DNA from: Peptococcia bacterium
GTDB taxonomy: Bacteria > Bacillota > Peptococcia > Peptococcales > SKKY01
DNA length: 64,000 nucleotides
Direction: 5' to 3'
Assembly: GCA_965228015.1 (NCBI GenBank)
Contig: OZ245787.1
Location: forward strand, 1,377,536-1,441,535
Within the stretch, counting starts at the first letter, position 1. Every line of letters starts with the position of its first letter. Both the position numbers and the translations under genes were made by a program. Of the stretch, positions 19,123 to 28,502 are shown piece after piece. Under the pieces are notes generated by a model, which saw only the letters and a list, made by a program, of their open reading frames with translations, was not told the origin of the DNA and ran no database searches.

Positions 19123-19323
19123 ATGATGCAAGGTAAAGTAAAATGGTTTAACTCAGAAAAAGGTTTTGGTTTCATTGAAGTAGACGGTGGAGAAGATGTA
19201 TTTGTACATTTTTCAGCAATTCAAACTGATGGATTTAAAACTCTTGAGGACGGTCAAGACGTTCAATTCGACATAGTACAAGGCGAAAAAGGCCCACAAG
19301 CAGCTAATGTAATTAAATTGTAA
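19123..19323 (+). CDS. Cold-shock protein
   Basis: [15 protein letters not shown] and VFVHFSAI (RNP1/RNP2) motifs. Confidence 0.95.
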   Translation: MMQGKVKWFNSEKGFGFIEVDGGEDVFVHFSAIQTDGFKTLEDGQDVQFDIVQGEKGPQAANVIKL

Positions 19324-19331
19324 TTAAAACT

Positions 19332-20718
19332 GGTTCTTTGTCAAATGTTGGGGTAACTCAATTAGATTAGATTCCATGAGTACCGCATTGAAAAATGCGG
19401 TACTTTTTTAAATTGTTTTTAGTTTATTACGTGCATTATTCTGTTTTTGAATCTCCAAAAATTTCTTACACCATAAGCATTTCTTTTTAAAACCTTAATT
19501 TTGTTATTAACTCCTTCTGTATATCCGTTAGTATAAGTACAAGTAAATGAATTAAGAATATATTTCTGCCAGTTGAAAATGGTTCTGGAGCATTTATCGA
19601 ATTCTTCAAACTCACAGGACATAACAAACATATACCAGGCTTTCAAATTCTTTTTTGCACTTTCTAAATCACTGCTGTCAACAAAGTTATAAAATTTTTC
19701 TTTTAACATATAAGCTTTTTGCAGTTTCTCAGAAGTAGCAAGCATAACGTTTACCTGGTCAATTTCTTCAGGAGTTAAATACTTCATTCTTTTTAAGAGA
19801 AGGGAGCGACTTCTTTTGAAATATCTTCGCCTTTCCTTGGCAAATTTCTTTTGCTCATCTTTCCTAATTCTTTCAAATGCCCAAGTGACCTGCCTAATGA
19901 AATGGAATTTATCGATAATGATAGTTGCATTTTTAAAATATGTTTCAATAATATCCTTGTAAGGTTGCCACATATCCATAATGAAGTATTTTACTTTATC
20001 CCTGTCATTGAATTTCCTGAAATAGTCCGATAAAATGTGTTGTTCTCTTCCGTGAAGAATATCAAGTACCTTCTTGTTTTGGGGATCAGTTAATATGCAC
20101 TGGTACTTTTTGCCCCCGGCATTACCTTTAAATTCATCAATAGAGATTGCTTCGGGCAATTTTGTTAGGGAATAGTTTATGAATCTAAAAAGCCTGAGAG
20201 CCGTTGATGGTGAAATATTATTCTCTTTGGCAATATCAGATACAGAGTAAACATTTTTCATTCGAGTAATTATGTATTTTATCAGCCTGCTGGTCATTCT
20301 TTGATAGCGGGGGAGAAAATCATTTTTTTCGTAGAATTTTTTATTGCAGTGATTACAAACGTACCTTCTTTTTTTATAGTAAAGGTAGGTTTTCTTCCCT
20401 GAGATGGAAATATCTTTTATCATTTGAATTCTGTAATCATGAACTTTATTGGTTTGTTGATGGCATTTGGGGTAATTGTGAGTTTTAATCTCCAGAGAAA
20501 AAGAAAAGGACATTGAATCAGAAGAAGTTTCTAATTGTTCTAAAATTATCCCTTTAAAACCAATTAATTTTTTAATATAATAGTTATTATAGAGCATAAG
20601 TAAATTCCTCCTTAGATTACAGTGGGTGTTCTCTAATATGGATTTACCCAATGCTCTGTATTTTTTCGCAAATAAATGTCAGAATGGTTTTTACCACCCC
20701 AACATTTATTGTAGAACT
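19332..20718 (-). mobile_element. ISL3-family IS, copy 2, no target duplication
   Basis: Near-identical to 2985-4372 in reverse. The terminal base is changed (AGAACT) and the flanks TTAAAACT / TTTATTTA differ. Confidence 0.92.
19419..20597 (-). CDS. ISL3 transposase, apparently intact (392 aa from ATG 20597)
   Basis: Continuous frame with an AAGGAGG RBS and SIDEF, DMW, TNGYTEG motifs. Confidence 0.9.
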   Translation of the reverse strand: MLYNNYYIKKLIGFKGIILEQLETSSDSMSFSFSLEIKTHNYPKCHQQTNKVHDYRIQMIKDISISGKKTYLYYKKRRYVCNHCNKKFYEKNDFLPRYQRMTSRLIKYIITRMKNVYSVSDIAKENNISPSTALRLFRFINYSLTKLPEAISIDEFKGNAGGKKYQCILTDPQNKKVLDILHGREQHILSDYFRKFNDRDKVKYFIMDMWQPYKDIIETYFKNATIIIDKFHFIRQVTWAFERIRKDEQKKFAKERRRYFKRSRSLLLKRMKYLTPEEIDQVNVMLATSEKLQKAYMLKEKFYNFVDSSDLESAKKNLKAWYMFVMSCEFEEFDKCSRTIFNWQKYILNSFTCTYTNGYTEGVNNKIKVLKRNAYGVRNFWRFKNRIMHVIN

Positions 20719-20730
20719 TTTTATTTATCG

Positions 20731-20765
20731 CCCAGAAGTGTACCCTTTTTTGGGGGGTCACACCA
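20731..20765 (+). mobile_element. Solo IS3 right-end remnant
   Basis: CCCAGAAGTGTACCCTTTTTTGGGGGGTCACACCA closely matches the IS3 IRR at 4472-4504. Confidence 0.75.
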
Positions 20766-20796
20766 GTCAGCCCCCTTTTTTGCGACTCTTAATTAT

Positions 20797-21295
20797 TTAT
20801 TTTTCAATTAAAAATTTTTCCGTTATTACTGCGTCTACCCATTCTCCATTAAGTATTCCTTGATCTTTATATACTCCTACCAAAAAATAATCTAAACCTT
20901 CATAGAACTCTAGAGCTTTTGTATTTTTACTTATTACATTTAAAACTAATTTATAGAATCCTTCTTTTTTAGCTTCTTCTGCCAGATTCTCCAAAAATAT
21001 ACGGCCTATACCCTGGCCTCTGCAGTTTTTTCCTATATTATGTTGAAAGATCTGCAACTCCAGTATATGCACTTTTAAAATTAAATTTATTTAAAGAAAC
21101 ATAATCACAAACGTCTCCGGTAGCATCATCTTCAGCCACCAAAACCATATATCTGTTCTCCGTCCAAGACATTATATCAGACTCTTTTTGTATTCTGGTT
21201 TCTAAAGTTGCAACCCCAGCTTCAATACCCTGATTGAAAATCTCTGTAATTGCAGGAACGTCTTCAGTTGTTACTTTTCTCACCTTAACCGGCAT
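20797..21295 (-). pseudogene. GNAT acetyltransferase (phosphinothricin/ArsN1-like), frameshifted
   Basis: AITEIFNQGIEAGVATLETR, RGQGIGR and YEGLDY motifs. An extra base near 21040 (ACATAATATA) splits the frame. Confidence 0.8.
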
Positions 21296-21381
21296 TTCAA
21301 ACACCTCTGCATAAATATACATTCAATCGAACAATAATGTGAATGATACAATTATTTGGAAGTTTTATCAACACCTGTTTT

Positions 21382-22173
21382 TTAAATATTTACAACTTTT
21401 CCTGGCATATTTCTTGAAAGACAATCCAACTCAAAATCTAATTCTTTGCTAAAATCTTGTAAAAATTTACATACAGTATCTTTTGCAAGGTACGGCAAAT
21501 TATTCTCCTTACTTAAATGTCCTAAAAAAACATGACTCAAATTATTCCCACAAATATCATGAAGTATTTTTGCAGCAGCAGCATTAGATAAATGACCATC
21601 TCTTGATAAAATTCTACGCTTTAAAAACGCCGGATATTCTCCATTTTTCAGGGTATGTTCATCATAATTTGCTTCTATTACCAACAAGTTTACATCCTTT
21701 ATATTATTCATAATATTTGTATCAATTATCCCTGTATCTGTAACTATGCCTATTCTTTTTTCTTTACTCTTGTTCTCAAAAACGTACCCAACAGGATCGG
21801 CAGCATCATGAAAGACAGAAAAAGTTCTAAGATTTAACCCCAGAACATCCTGAACGGAATTAACAGGCAAATCGTTGTATCTAGATAAGGAAATATCAGG
21901 ATTCTTCCTTCTGATTTCCTCAATAGTACCTTTTGATGAAAAAATATCCATCTTTGTTTTTTTGCCAATCATTGGGATCCCGCTAATATGATCCGAATGT
22001 TCATGGGTTACAAAAATTCCGTCAATCTCTGACATATCCACCTGAATCAAACTTAAAACATCTTTTATCCTTTTAAAGCTGATTCCTGCATCAACAAGAA
22101 ATTTTTTATTTTCTGTTTCTATAAAGTAACAGTTTCCACTGGAACCACTTGCAATTGAATAAAAGTTCATCAT
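21382..22173 (-). CDS. yycJ: YycJ/WalJ-like metallo-beta-lactamase-fold hydrolase
   Basis: IASGSSGNC, THEHSDH, HDAADPVG, EANYD, GHLSN and HLSKENN motifs. Confidence 0.88.
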   Translation of the reverse strand: MMNFYSIASGSSGNCYFIETENKKFLVDAGISFKRIKDVLSLIQVDMSEIDGIFVTHEHSDHISGIPMIGKKTKMDIFSSKGTIEEIRRKNPDISLSRYNDLPVNSVQDVLGLNLRTFSVFHDAADPVGYVFENKSKEKRIGIVTDTGIIDTNIMNNIKDVNLLVIEANYDEHTLKNGEYPAFLKRRILSRDGHLSNAAAAKILHDICGNNLSHVFLGHLSKENNLPYLAKDTVCKFLQDFSKELDFELDCLSRNMPGKVVNI

Positions 22174-22193
22174 ATACCTCTTTCTCTATGACA

Positions 22194-22310
22194 TTAAATC
22201 AGAGCTGCTAGTAATGCTCCAAAAGAAGGAAGAATAAGCCCTAATGATAAAACTGTTACTAACACTATCAAAAAGATTCTTTGCCCTTTTGCACGCCCTT
22301 TATTATTCAA
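22194..22310 (-). CDS. Small single-pass membrane protein, 38 aa (absent from the ORF track)
   Basis: The TTG start overlaps the trxB stop, with a GGAGGTG/AAGGA RBS. Translation MNNKGRAKGQRIFLIVLVTVLSLGLILPSFGALLAALI: basic N-terminus plus a hydrophobic helix. Confidence 0.7.
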   Translation of the reverse strand: MNNKGRAKGQRIFLIVLVTVLSLGLILPSFGALLAALI

Positions 22311-23239
22311 CTTTCCTTCACCTCCGTTAAATAATGCTCAACTCCTGGATTAATTGCAGCTCCGTCTCCCGCGGCTGTTGCAACCTGACGAAGAATTTTT
22401 TCTCTCACATCTCCAACAGCAAAAACTCCTGGAATGCTTGTCATTAAATTTTCATCTGTAATTATATATCCATAAGAATTTTTTTCAATTCCATTTTCAT
22501 CAGATAAATAATCGGATTTTGGGATATACCCCACAAATATAAAGACTCCGGATGCAGCTATTGATTTTGTTTCTCCAGACTTTACATTTTTCAAAAGCAC
22601 TTCCGTAACCTTATTTTCATCACCAATAATTTCTTCAACAATATGATCCATTTCCGTTACAATATTATCCTTTAAATGAATTCTGTCCTGAATTACCTTC
22701 GCACCTCTAAAGGTGTCTCTTCTATGAACAAGGGTAACTTTTTTACAAATTTTTCCTAAAAACAGAGCCTCTTGAAGAGCAGAATTTCCACCACCAACTA
22801 CTACTACTTCCTTATCTTTAAAGAAAAAGCCGTCACATGTTGCGCAATAAGAAACTCCTCTGCCTCTATATTTACCTTCTCCTTTAGCTCCCAGCATCCC
22901 TGGAGTTGCTCCAGATGCAAGAATTAAAGCGTGACACTGATACTCTTCACCATCAGCAAATACTTTTTTTATTTTCCCGGAAACATCAATACGGTCAATA
23001 CGTTTCCCTTTCATTTCAACACCAAAATTCATCATTTGCTCAAAAAATCTGGACATTAATTCCGGACCAGAAACAGGTTCTGTAAATCCAGGATAATTTT
23101 CGATAGCATGGGTTGTTGCTGCCTGACCTCCTGGTGTGCCATTATCAAAAATCAAAACACTATACCCACTTCTTTTTGTATAGATACCCGCCGTCATTCC
23201 AGCAGGCCCTAATCCAATAATTATTACATCATAAATCAT
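22307..23239 (-). CDS. trxB: Thioredoxin reductase
   Basis: GLGPAG, IENYPG, SYCATCDG, GGGNSA, HRR and FAVGD motifs. Confidence 0.95.
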   Translation of the reverse strand: MIYDVIIIGLGPAGMTAGIYTKRSGYSVLIFDNGTPGGQAATTHAIENYPGFTEPVSGPELMSRFFEQMMNFGVEMKGKRIDRIDVSGKIKKVFADGEEYQCHALILASGATPGMLGAKGEGKYRGRGVSYCATCDGFFFKDKEVVVVGGGNSALQEALFLGKICKKVTLVHRRDTFRGAKVIQDRIHLKDNIVTEMDHIVEEIIGDENKVTEVLLKNVKSGETKSIAASGVFIFVGYIPKSDYLSDENGIEKNSYGYIITDENLMTSIPGVFAVGDVREKILRQVATAAGDGAAINPGVEHYLTEVKES

Positions 23240-23288
23240 ACATACACATCCTTTTAAAAATACACCTCACCATTCTACTATACCCATT

Positions 23289-25100
23289 TTACTCTTTTTC
23301 AGCCAAATAATCACTGTAATTACTTAAAATAATATATATATCACTTACTAAAGGATGTACCTGCCAAGTCCAGCTTTTGTCTTCTAACTTCCGAATAATA
23401 CCAGTTTCTGCTAAAAATATTTTCAGATCTTCTTCCTTTAGTTTATTGTAGTCACCGGTTTCAGTCTGATAAATTAACTCTCCAATACTTCCAAATGTTG
23501 GATATAAATCAATTTCCTTAAAAGACTCCTCTTTGCCAAAATATTCTAAAACTCCTTTAAAGATATGATCAAACTGCCATTTGTTTACAATATCCGAGAA
23601 AAAATATTCATTATGATATCCTCCTGATACTAATCCCATTCTTCTAAGATTTTTCATTTCTTCATATGAATATTCATTTTCAATAGGATTTTCTATTTCG
23701 CGAGCTTCAATATACCCACTGTTATTTACAATTTTCTCCTGTAATAAATTTAGCAGCATAGGATCTTTACTTATTTTTCTTAAATCTGCTCCATTTTCTA
23801 AAGCTGTAACAACAGCCAGAGCTCCTGCTTCAGAAGTAACCATCCCAACTGGAATTACTCTTGCACTACCCGCTGCCAGAGAGGAATAGCCTGCTTGTTT
23901 TCCCACAATAAGAAGATTCGTAAATTTTCCTGGAAGCAGAGATCTGTAAGGTATCCCATATCGGTCCGGATTCCCAACTATGTTCCCGAAGTCTCCCGGA
24001 AAAGCCGGCTGCACATCAACAGGATAACTTGCCACTGCAATCTGATCCGGGAAATTTTTATTCTCCAGAACATCATCGATACTTAGAACATATTCGGTAA
24101 TAAAATGTCTGGATTCCCTTACATATAATTCCTGGGCAATATCTCCAAGGACAGCATTTTCAAAACCAGAAAAATTTTCATTAATATAAGGAACAATATA
24201 CTCAAGTTCCTTTTTTCCTCTTTCAAAAGCCTTTGCCTTACTATCAGGATTCAAAGGATCAACATCAAAAATGATTAAGGCATTTACCAATACACTTCCA
24301 TCATTTTGCTTCGCCGCATTAAACCCTCTTAATCTCATATTTTTATCTTGATGTTCACACTTATATCCTTCGACAGAATATCCCCAGGCCGCATTCATAT
24401 TTGCCCCGTAAAATTGTCTTTCATCCTTCTTCAATTTCCCCTGAATCCGGCTATAATTCAAATAGGAAAAAACCTTTCCCCAATTTACATTTTCCAGCTG
24501 AAAAACCAGGGTCACTCCCATTAAACGATCTTTTTTTCTAATATCTTCCCCAAACAATGTATAAGGAACCCCCGCCTTTGCAGCTAAATCCCCATCCGTA
24601 GAGGCATCAATAAAGAACTTTGATGAATACGTCTTTATTTCACCGTCTTTCTCAATAATCAAAGAAAATATCTTCTCATCTTCAGTTTTAAGATCATGAA
24701 GTTTTACCCCCATCTCTACATCAACATTTCCATCAAGAAGAAAGGTCTTAAATACTTCTGAAGCTTTATCTATTTCAAAGGCATTTCCTCCAACAGCATC
24801 ATAAAATCTGCTAAAAACCCCACGGGTAAGAAGATACCCCTTTTTATCATAATTCATATCCAAAAAATTTAACTGCCCCAGGGTCATAAGTCCGCCAATT
24901 TCATTTTTCTCATCAATAAACAGAACATCTAACCCTTTTTCTCCAGCAACTGCCGCCGCCGAAACACCTTCTGGATCAGAACCATATACAATTAAATCAT
25001 AACTGGTTTTATTTGGAATATTATAATCTGCATTCTTATTATAAATCGGTTGACTTAGCCCCATACTAATAAAAAGAATTACTGCCAAGAATATAATCAC
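23289..25100 (-). CDS. Exported FAD-dependent oxidoreductase (FAD_oxidored-type), paralog 2
   Basis: Hydrophobic N-terminus, DLIVYGSDPEG, IDASTDGDLA, ELYVRESRH, YPVDVQP and AGSARV motifs. Confidence 0.8.
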   Translation of the reverse strand: MIIFLAVILFISMGLSQPIYNKNADYNIPNKTSYDLIVYGSDPEGVSAAAVAGEKGLDVLFIDEKNEIGGLMTLGQLNFLDMNYDKKGYLLTRGVFSRFYDAVGGNAFEIDKASEVFKTFLLDGNVDVEMGVKLHDLKTEDEKIFSLIIEKDGEIKTYSSKFFIDASTDGDLAAKAGVPYTLFGEDIRKKDRLMGVTLVFQLENVNWGKVFSYLNYSRIQGKLKKDERQFYGANMNAAWGYSVEGYKCEHQDKNMRLRGFNAAKQNDGSVLVNALIIFDVDPLNPDSKAKAFERGKKELEYIVPYINENFSGFENAVLGDIAQELYVRESRHFITEYVLSIDDVLENKNFPDQIAVASYPVDVQPAFPGDFGNIVGNPDRYGIPYRSLLPGKFTNLLIVGKQAGYSSLAAGSARVIPVGMVTSEAGALAVVTALENGADLRKISKDPMLLNLLQEKIVNNSGYIEAREIENPIENEYSYEEMKNLRRMGLVSGGYHNEYFFSDIVNKWQFDHIFKGVLEYFGKEESFKEIDLYPTFGSIGELIYQTETGDYNKLKEEDLKIFLAETGIIRKLEDKSWTWQVHPLVSDIYIILSNYSDYLAEKE

Positions 25101-25127
25101 TAAGTTTCTGATACCAAAAACCTCCCT

Positions 25128-26993
25128 TTAATTACTTGTAAGGAATGTGTAAAGATTCGCAGCAAGCCATGTTACCTCCGCAGCGTTCCCCTGAGCATTT
25201 TTATCTTGAAAATATGGTTCAAGAATTTCTGTCATTATGCCTTTTTCTTTAAGGATAGTAATTCCATCCTCATATTCTTTAACATTTTTATCAACAACTT
25301 TTACAATGTTAATTATAAATTCTTCATTTGAAGGAGGATCATTGACCTCAATTACTGGATACTCAACTCCCGCTTTTAAAATTACTTTATTAGCAAGATT
25401 TTGGAATCTCCATTTACTCATTTTTTCTTCAAGTCTGTAATTATTTTCATATCCCCCATCAAGTAATCCTAAAGATCTGACTACCTTAACTCCGGGATAA
25501 GCCCAGTGACTCATTGCTTCCGGTTTAGGAACATTAATATCCTCTAAATAGACCCCTCTTCTCTTTAACTCTTCCTGAAGATTTTTTATCAAAACTTCAT
25601 TTTTAGAAAGTTCTCTTGGGGTAATATTATTTTCTATCGCTATTTTTGCAGCAACCCCTGCCCCTTCAGCGGCAGCCATACCAATCGGAACTACTCTTGC
25701 ACTTCCTGCTGCTAAAGATGTGTATCCGGAAGCTTTACCTGCCACCATAAGATTATCTATTTCCAGAGGTACCAGACTTCTGAAAGGAATTGCGTACCTG
25801 TCCGGATTGCCTATAATTGTACCCCAACGCTGTGCTATTGTTGGCTGAACATCAACTGGGTAACTAGCTAATGCTACTTTATCCCATTGATCATTATATT
25901 CTAAAACATCATCTATAGTTAAAAGATACTCTGCAAGAATATGTCTTGATTCTCTAACATACAATTCATCTGCAGCCCTTATTAACTCTGCCTTTTCAAA
26001 TCCTGGAAAATTTGCTCTGACATAGGGAAGTATATGTTCCAGTTCCTTTTTACCTCTTTCAATGCCTTGTTTTTTACTTTCCGGATCAAGAACATCTACT
26101 CCAAAGATTACAAGAGTATTTATCAATACCTCACCATTTTCCTGACGGGCAGCATTAAAACCTCTTAGTCTCATTAGCGGGTCCACTGGCTCATAGGCAT
26201 AACCTAATTCCGTATATCCCCAGGCAGCTTTACTTGTAACCCCAGTATTAGGTTCTTTTCCGCTTTTTAAGTACGCTGTTACTTCTTTCCAATCAACGTT
26301 CCCAAGGGTAAAGACCAGGGTTACTCCCATTTGTCTTTCCTTTTCTCCAATATCTTCCCCCGCAAGAGTATACGGAACTCCTGCCATTGCAGCTAAATCC
26401 GCATCTGCCGATGCATCAATAAATTGTTTTGCATTTACTTGAAGTTCGTTTCCAGAGGCTGTTTCTTTAACAACTACTCCCTGCAAAACGCCATCTTTAA
26501 CCAAAACCTCTTCCAAAATATATCCAAGAGCCGTAGAAACTGTTTCTTCTTGTCCAAGCATGTCGCCAAAAACTTCTTTTGCTCTTTCTAAATCGAAGGC
26601 AGTATCTCCAACTCTGTTGTAAAACTCTTCAAAAATTCCTCTTGTAAGGAGAGTACGGTCTTTACCGTGATTCATATCAAGAAAATTTAAAGCTCCTAGG
26701 GTAAAAAGACCACCAAGCTCTTCCCTTGGATCCACAAGTAAAACCTGCAAATCTCCTCTGCCTCCTGCCACAGTAGCAGCTATTCCTTCTGGCTCAGAGC
26801 CATAAACCAAAAGATCTGTTTGGATTATATTTTTAGTATCCGGATCTTCAACAACAGCAGGAACCTTTATTTCTTCCCTTTTATTACATCCTGAAAAAAC
26901 CAACAAAACAACCATAAACATTATTACTGTTAAAATTAAAAAAGCTCTCTTTTTCATAGTCACCATCCATATAATTTTTCTTAAAAAAACCAC
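25128..26993 (-). CDS. Lipoprotein FAD-dependent oxidoreductase with SLH-like C-terminus, paralog 1
   Basis: Lipobox VFSGC, DLLVYGSEPEG, IDASADADLA, ELYVRESRH and C-terminal HWAYPGV..LGLL.G. The start may be ATG 26957. Confidence 0.82.
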   Translation of the reverse strand: MVFLRKIIWMVTMKKRAFLILTVIMFMVVLLVFSGCNKREEIKVPAVVEDPDTKNIIQTDLLVYGSEPEGIAATVAGGRGDLQVLLVDPREELGGLFTLGALNFLDMNHGKDRTLLTRGIFEEFYNRVGDTAFDLERAKEVFGDMLGQEETVSTALGYILEEVLVKDGVLQGVVVKETASGNELQVNAKQFIDASADADLAAMAGVPYTLAGEDIGEKERQMGVTLVFTLGNVDWKEVTAYLKSGKEPNTGVTSKAAWGYTELGYAYEPVDPLMRLRGFNAARQENGEVLINTLVIFGVDVLDPESKKQGIERGKKELEHILPYVRANFPGFEKAELIRAADELYVRESRHILAEYLLTIDDVLEYNDQWDKVALASYPVDVQPTIAQRWGTIIGNPDRYAIPFRSLVPLEIDNLMVAGKASGYTSLAAGSARVVPIGMAAAEGAGVAAKIAIENNITPRELSKNEVLIKNLQEELKRRGVYLEDINVPKPEAMSHWAYPGVKVVRSLGLLDGGYENNYRLEEKMSKWRFQNLANKVILKAGVEYPVIEVNDPPSNEEFIINIVKVVDKNVKEYEDGITILKEKGIMTEILEPYFQDKNAQGNAAEVTWLAANLYTFLTSN

Positions 26994-27013
26994 AGGTAAA
27001 AACCTGTGGTTTG

Positions 27014-28450
27014 TTATTTTCCTAAATATCTCATTGGATCTACGTGCCTTGAATTAACATTAGTTTCAAAGTGAAGATGATTTCCTGTACTTCTGCCAGT
27101 GGATCCCACTGTTCCTATAAGATCACCACGTTGGACTGTTTGTCCCAGGCTAACTTTAAAAGATGTTTGGTGGGCATATTTAGTAGTAAGCCCGTTGCCA
27201 TGATCAATTATAGTTAGATTACCATAACTTCCTGACCAGCCTGCAAAGATTACTCTTCCATTTCCCGCAGAATAAACTGGTGTACCTTTAGATCCGCCAA
27301 TATCAATTCCGGTATGAAAACCGCTGCCTCTGGGGCCATATCTTGATGTTATTGTTCCTCTTAATGGCCAGGCAAGCTGTCCGTCACCACCACCACGAGA
27401 TGCTACCATTTTTTGAGTTCCTCTAAGAACTTCTTTAGCCGTAGGCTCTTTTAATACACCTGCAGCAACTTCTTCTTTTTGAACTTCCTTACCATTTTCA
27501 GAAATCACTTTATATGTTACTTTTCTAAGACCATTTTGACCGGCCTTTTTAACCTCAGTCTGACCTGTCCATAACTCTGCTGTGTTAGTATACTTTATTG
27601 GATATGGAATTGCTTCCTCAACAGTTACTTCCTTAGCAACCATTACATGTACTACAGGTTCCAGCTTTACTAATTTTAATTCCTGGCCTATGGAAATAAA
27701 GTCACCCTTAACCTTCGGATTGGCTTCCCTTAATTTACTAAGACCGAGTCCATGGCTTTCAGCTATTGTTGACAGGGTGTCACCTTTTGCAACTTTATAG
27801 GTTTCAATCTTATCAGTCCCTGTTAAAACAAAATTATTTGCTTCATCAACTGACATAATTTTTGCTGCAGAAACATTACTTTCTACAACTTCAATTTCTT
27901 CTTTAAACTCATAAGACAATATTTCTTCCCCTTCTTTAAGAAATCCTGTCTTCAATTTTTCAAGAAGCTGTTCTCCTTCTTCTTGAGTTTTTAAGAATAC
28001 TCTTTCTTCACCATTTACTTTTAATGCAAAAGCACTGGTCCGACAATCAACATAAGATCTGATTAGATCAGCAAGTTCCTGAGGATCTTTAATTTTTTTG
28101 CCTTCAAATTCACTTTCTGAAGATAAAACAATTTTTGAATCTACTCCACTCAAAGTATATCCAAGTTCCTTTTCTTGCTCTGCCTTAATAATATCTAATG
28201 CTTTTTCATATGTTTTTGCGCTATTTATTTTTACAATATTCTGTTCATTTGCACTTAATACTTGTGTAGATCCACCAAAAGAGAAAGTTGCTATTATTGT
28301 TAGTATAAAAAATGCTGCGACCATAATATGCATTTTGTTATACTTTCCTGCTTTCAGTTTCGCTGTGAGCTGTTTGACTAAATCTTCTATGTCCAGGACA
28401 CCTCCTTTGCGCAAACTTATCACAAGAATAATTATATCATATGAAGACAA
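27014..28450 (-). CDS. LysM-G5-M23 peptidoglycan endopeptidase (start uncertain)
   Basis: LysM YKVAKGDTLSTIA, G5 domain, and M23 HTGID/HLHFE. AGGAGGT near 28400 suggests the real start is about 50 nt inside the called ORF. Confidence 0.88.
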   Translation of the reverse strand: MSSYDIIILVISLRKGGVLDIEDLVKQLTAKLKAGKYNKMHIMVAAFFILTIIATFSFGGSTQVLSANEQNIVKINSAKTYEKALDIIKAEQEKELGYTLSGVDSKIVLSSESEFEGKKIKDPQELADLIRSYVDCRTSAFALKVNGEERVFLKTQEEGEQLLEKLKTGFLKEGEEILSYEFKEEIEVVESNVSAAKIMSVDEANNFVLTGTDKIETYKVAKGDTLSTIAESHGLGLSKLREANPKVKGDFISIGQELKLVKLEPVVHVMVAKEVTVEEAIPYPIKYTNTAELWTGQTEVKKAGQNGLRKVTYKVISENGKEVQKEEVAAGVLKEPTAKEVLRGTQKMVASRGGGDGQLAWPLRGTITSRYGPRGSGFHTGIDIGGSKGTPVYSAGNGRVIFAGWSGSYGNLTIIDHGNGLTTKYAHQTSFKVSLGQTVQRGDLIGTVGSTGRSTGNHLHFETNVNSRHVDPMRYLGK

Positions 28451-28502
28451 AAAGAGACACCCTGAAGGTGTCTCTTTACAGTCCTATTTTCATTTACATT
28501 TA

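Noticed and set aside
28380-28450. Non-canonical start (CTG or ATA) for the LysM-M23 gene
   Set aside because: AGGAGGT is followed by CTG and ATA rather than ATG, which is curious. A lost start cannot be told from a rare start without orthologs.
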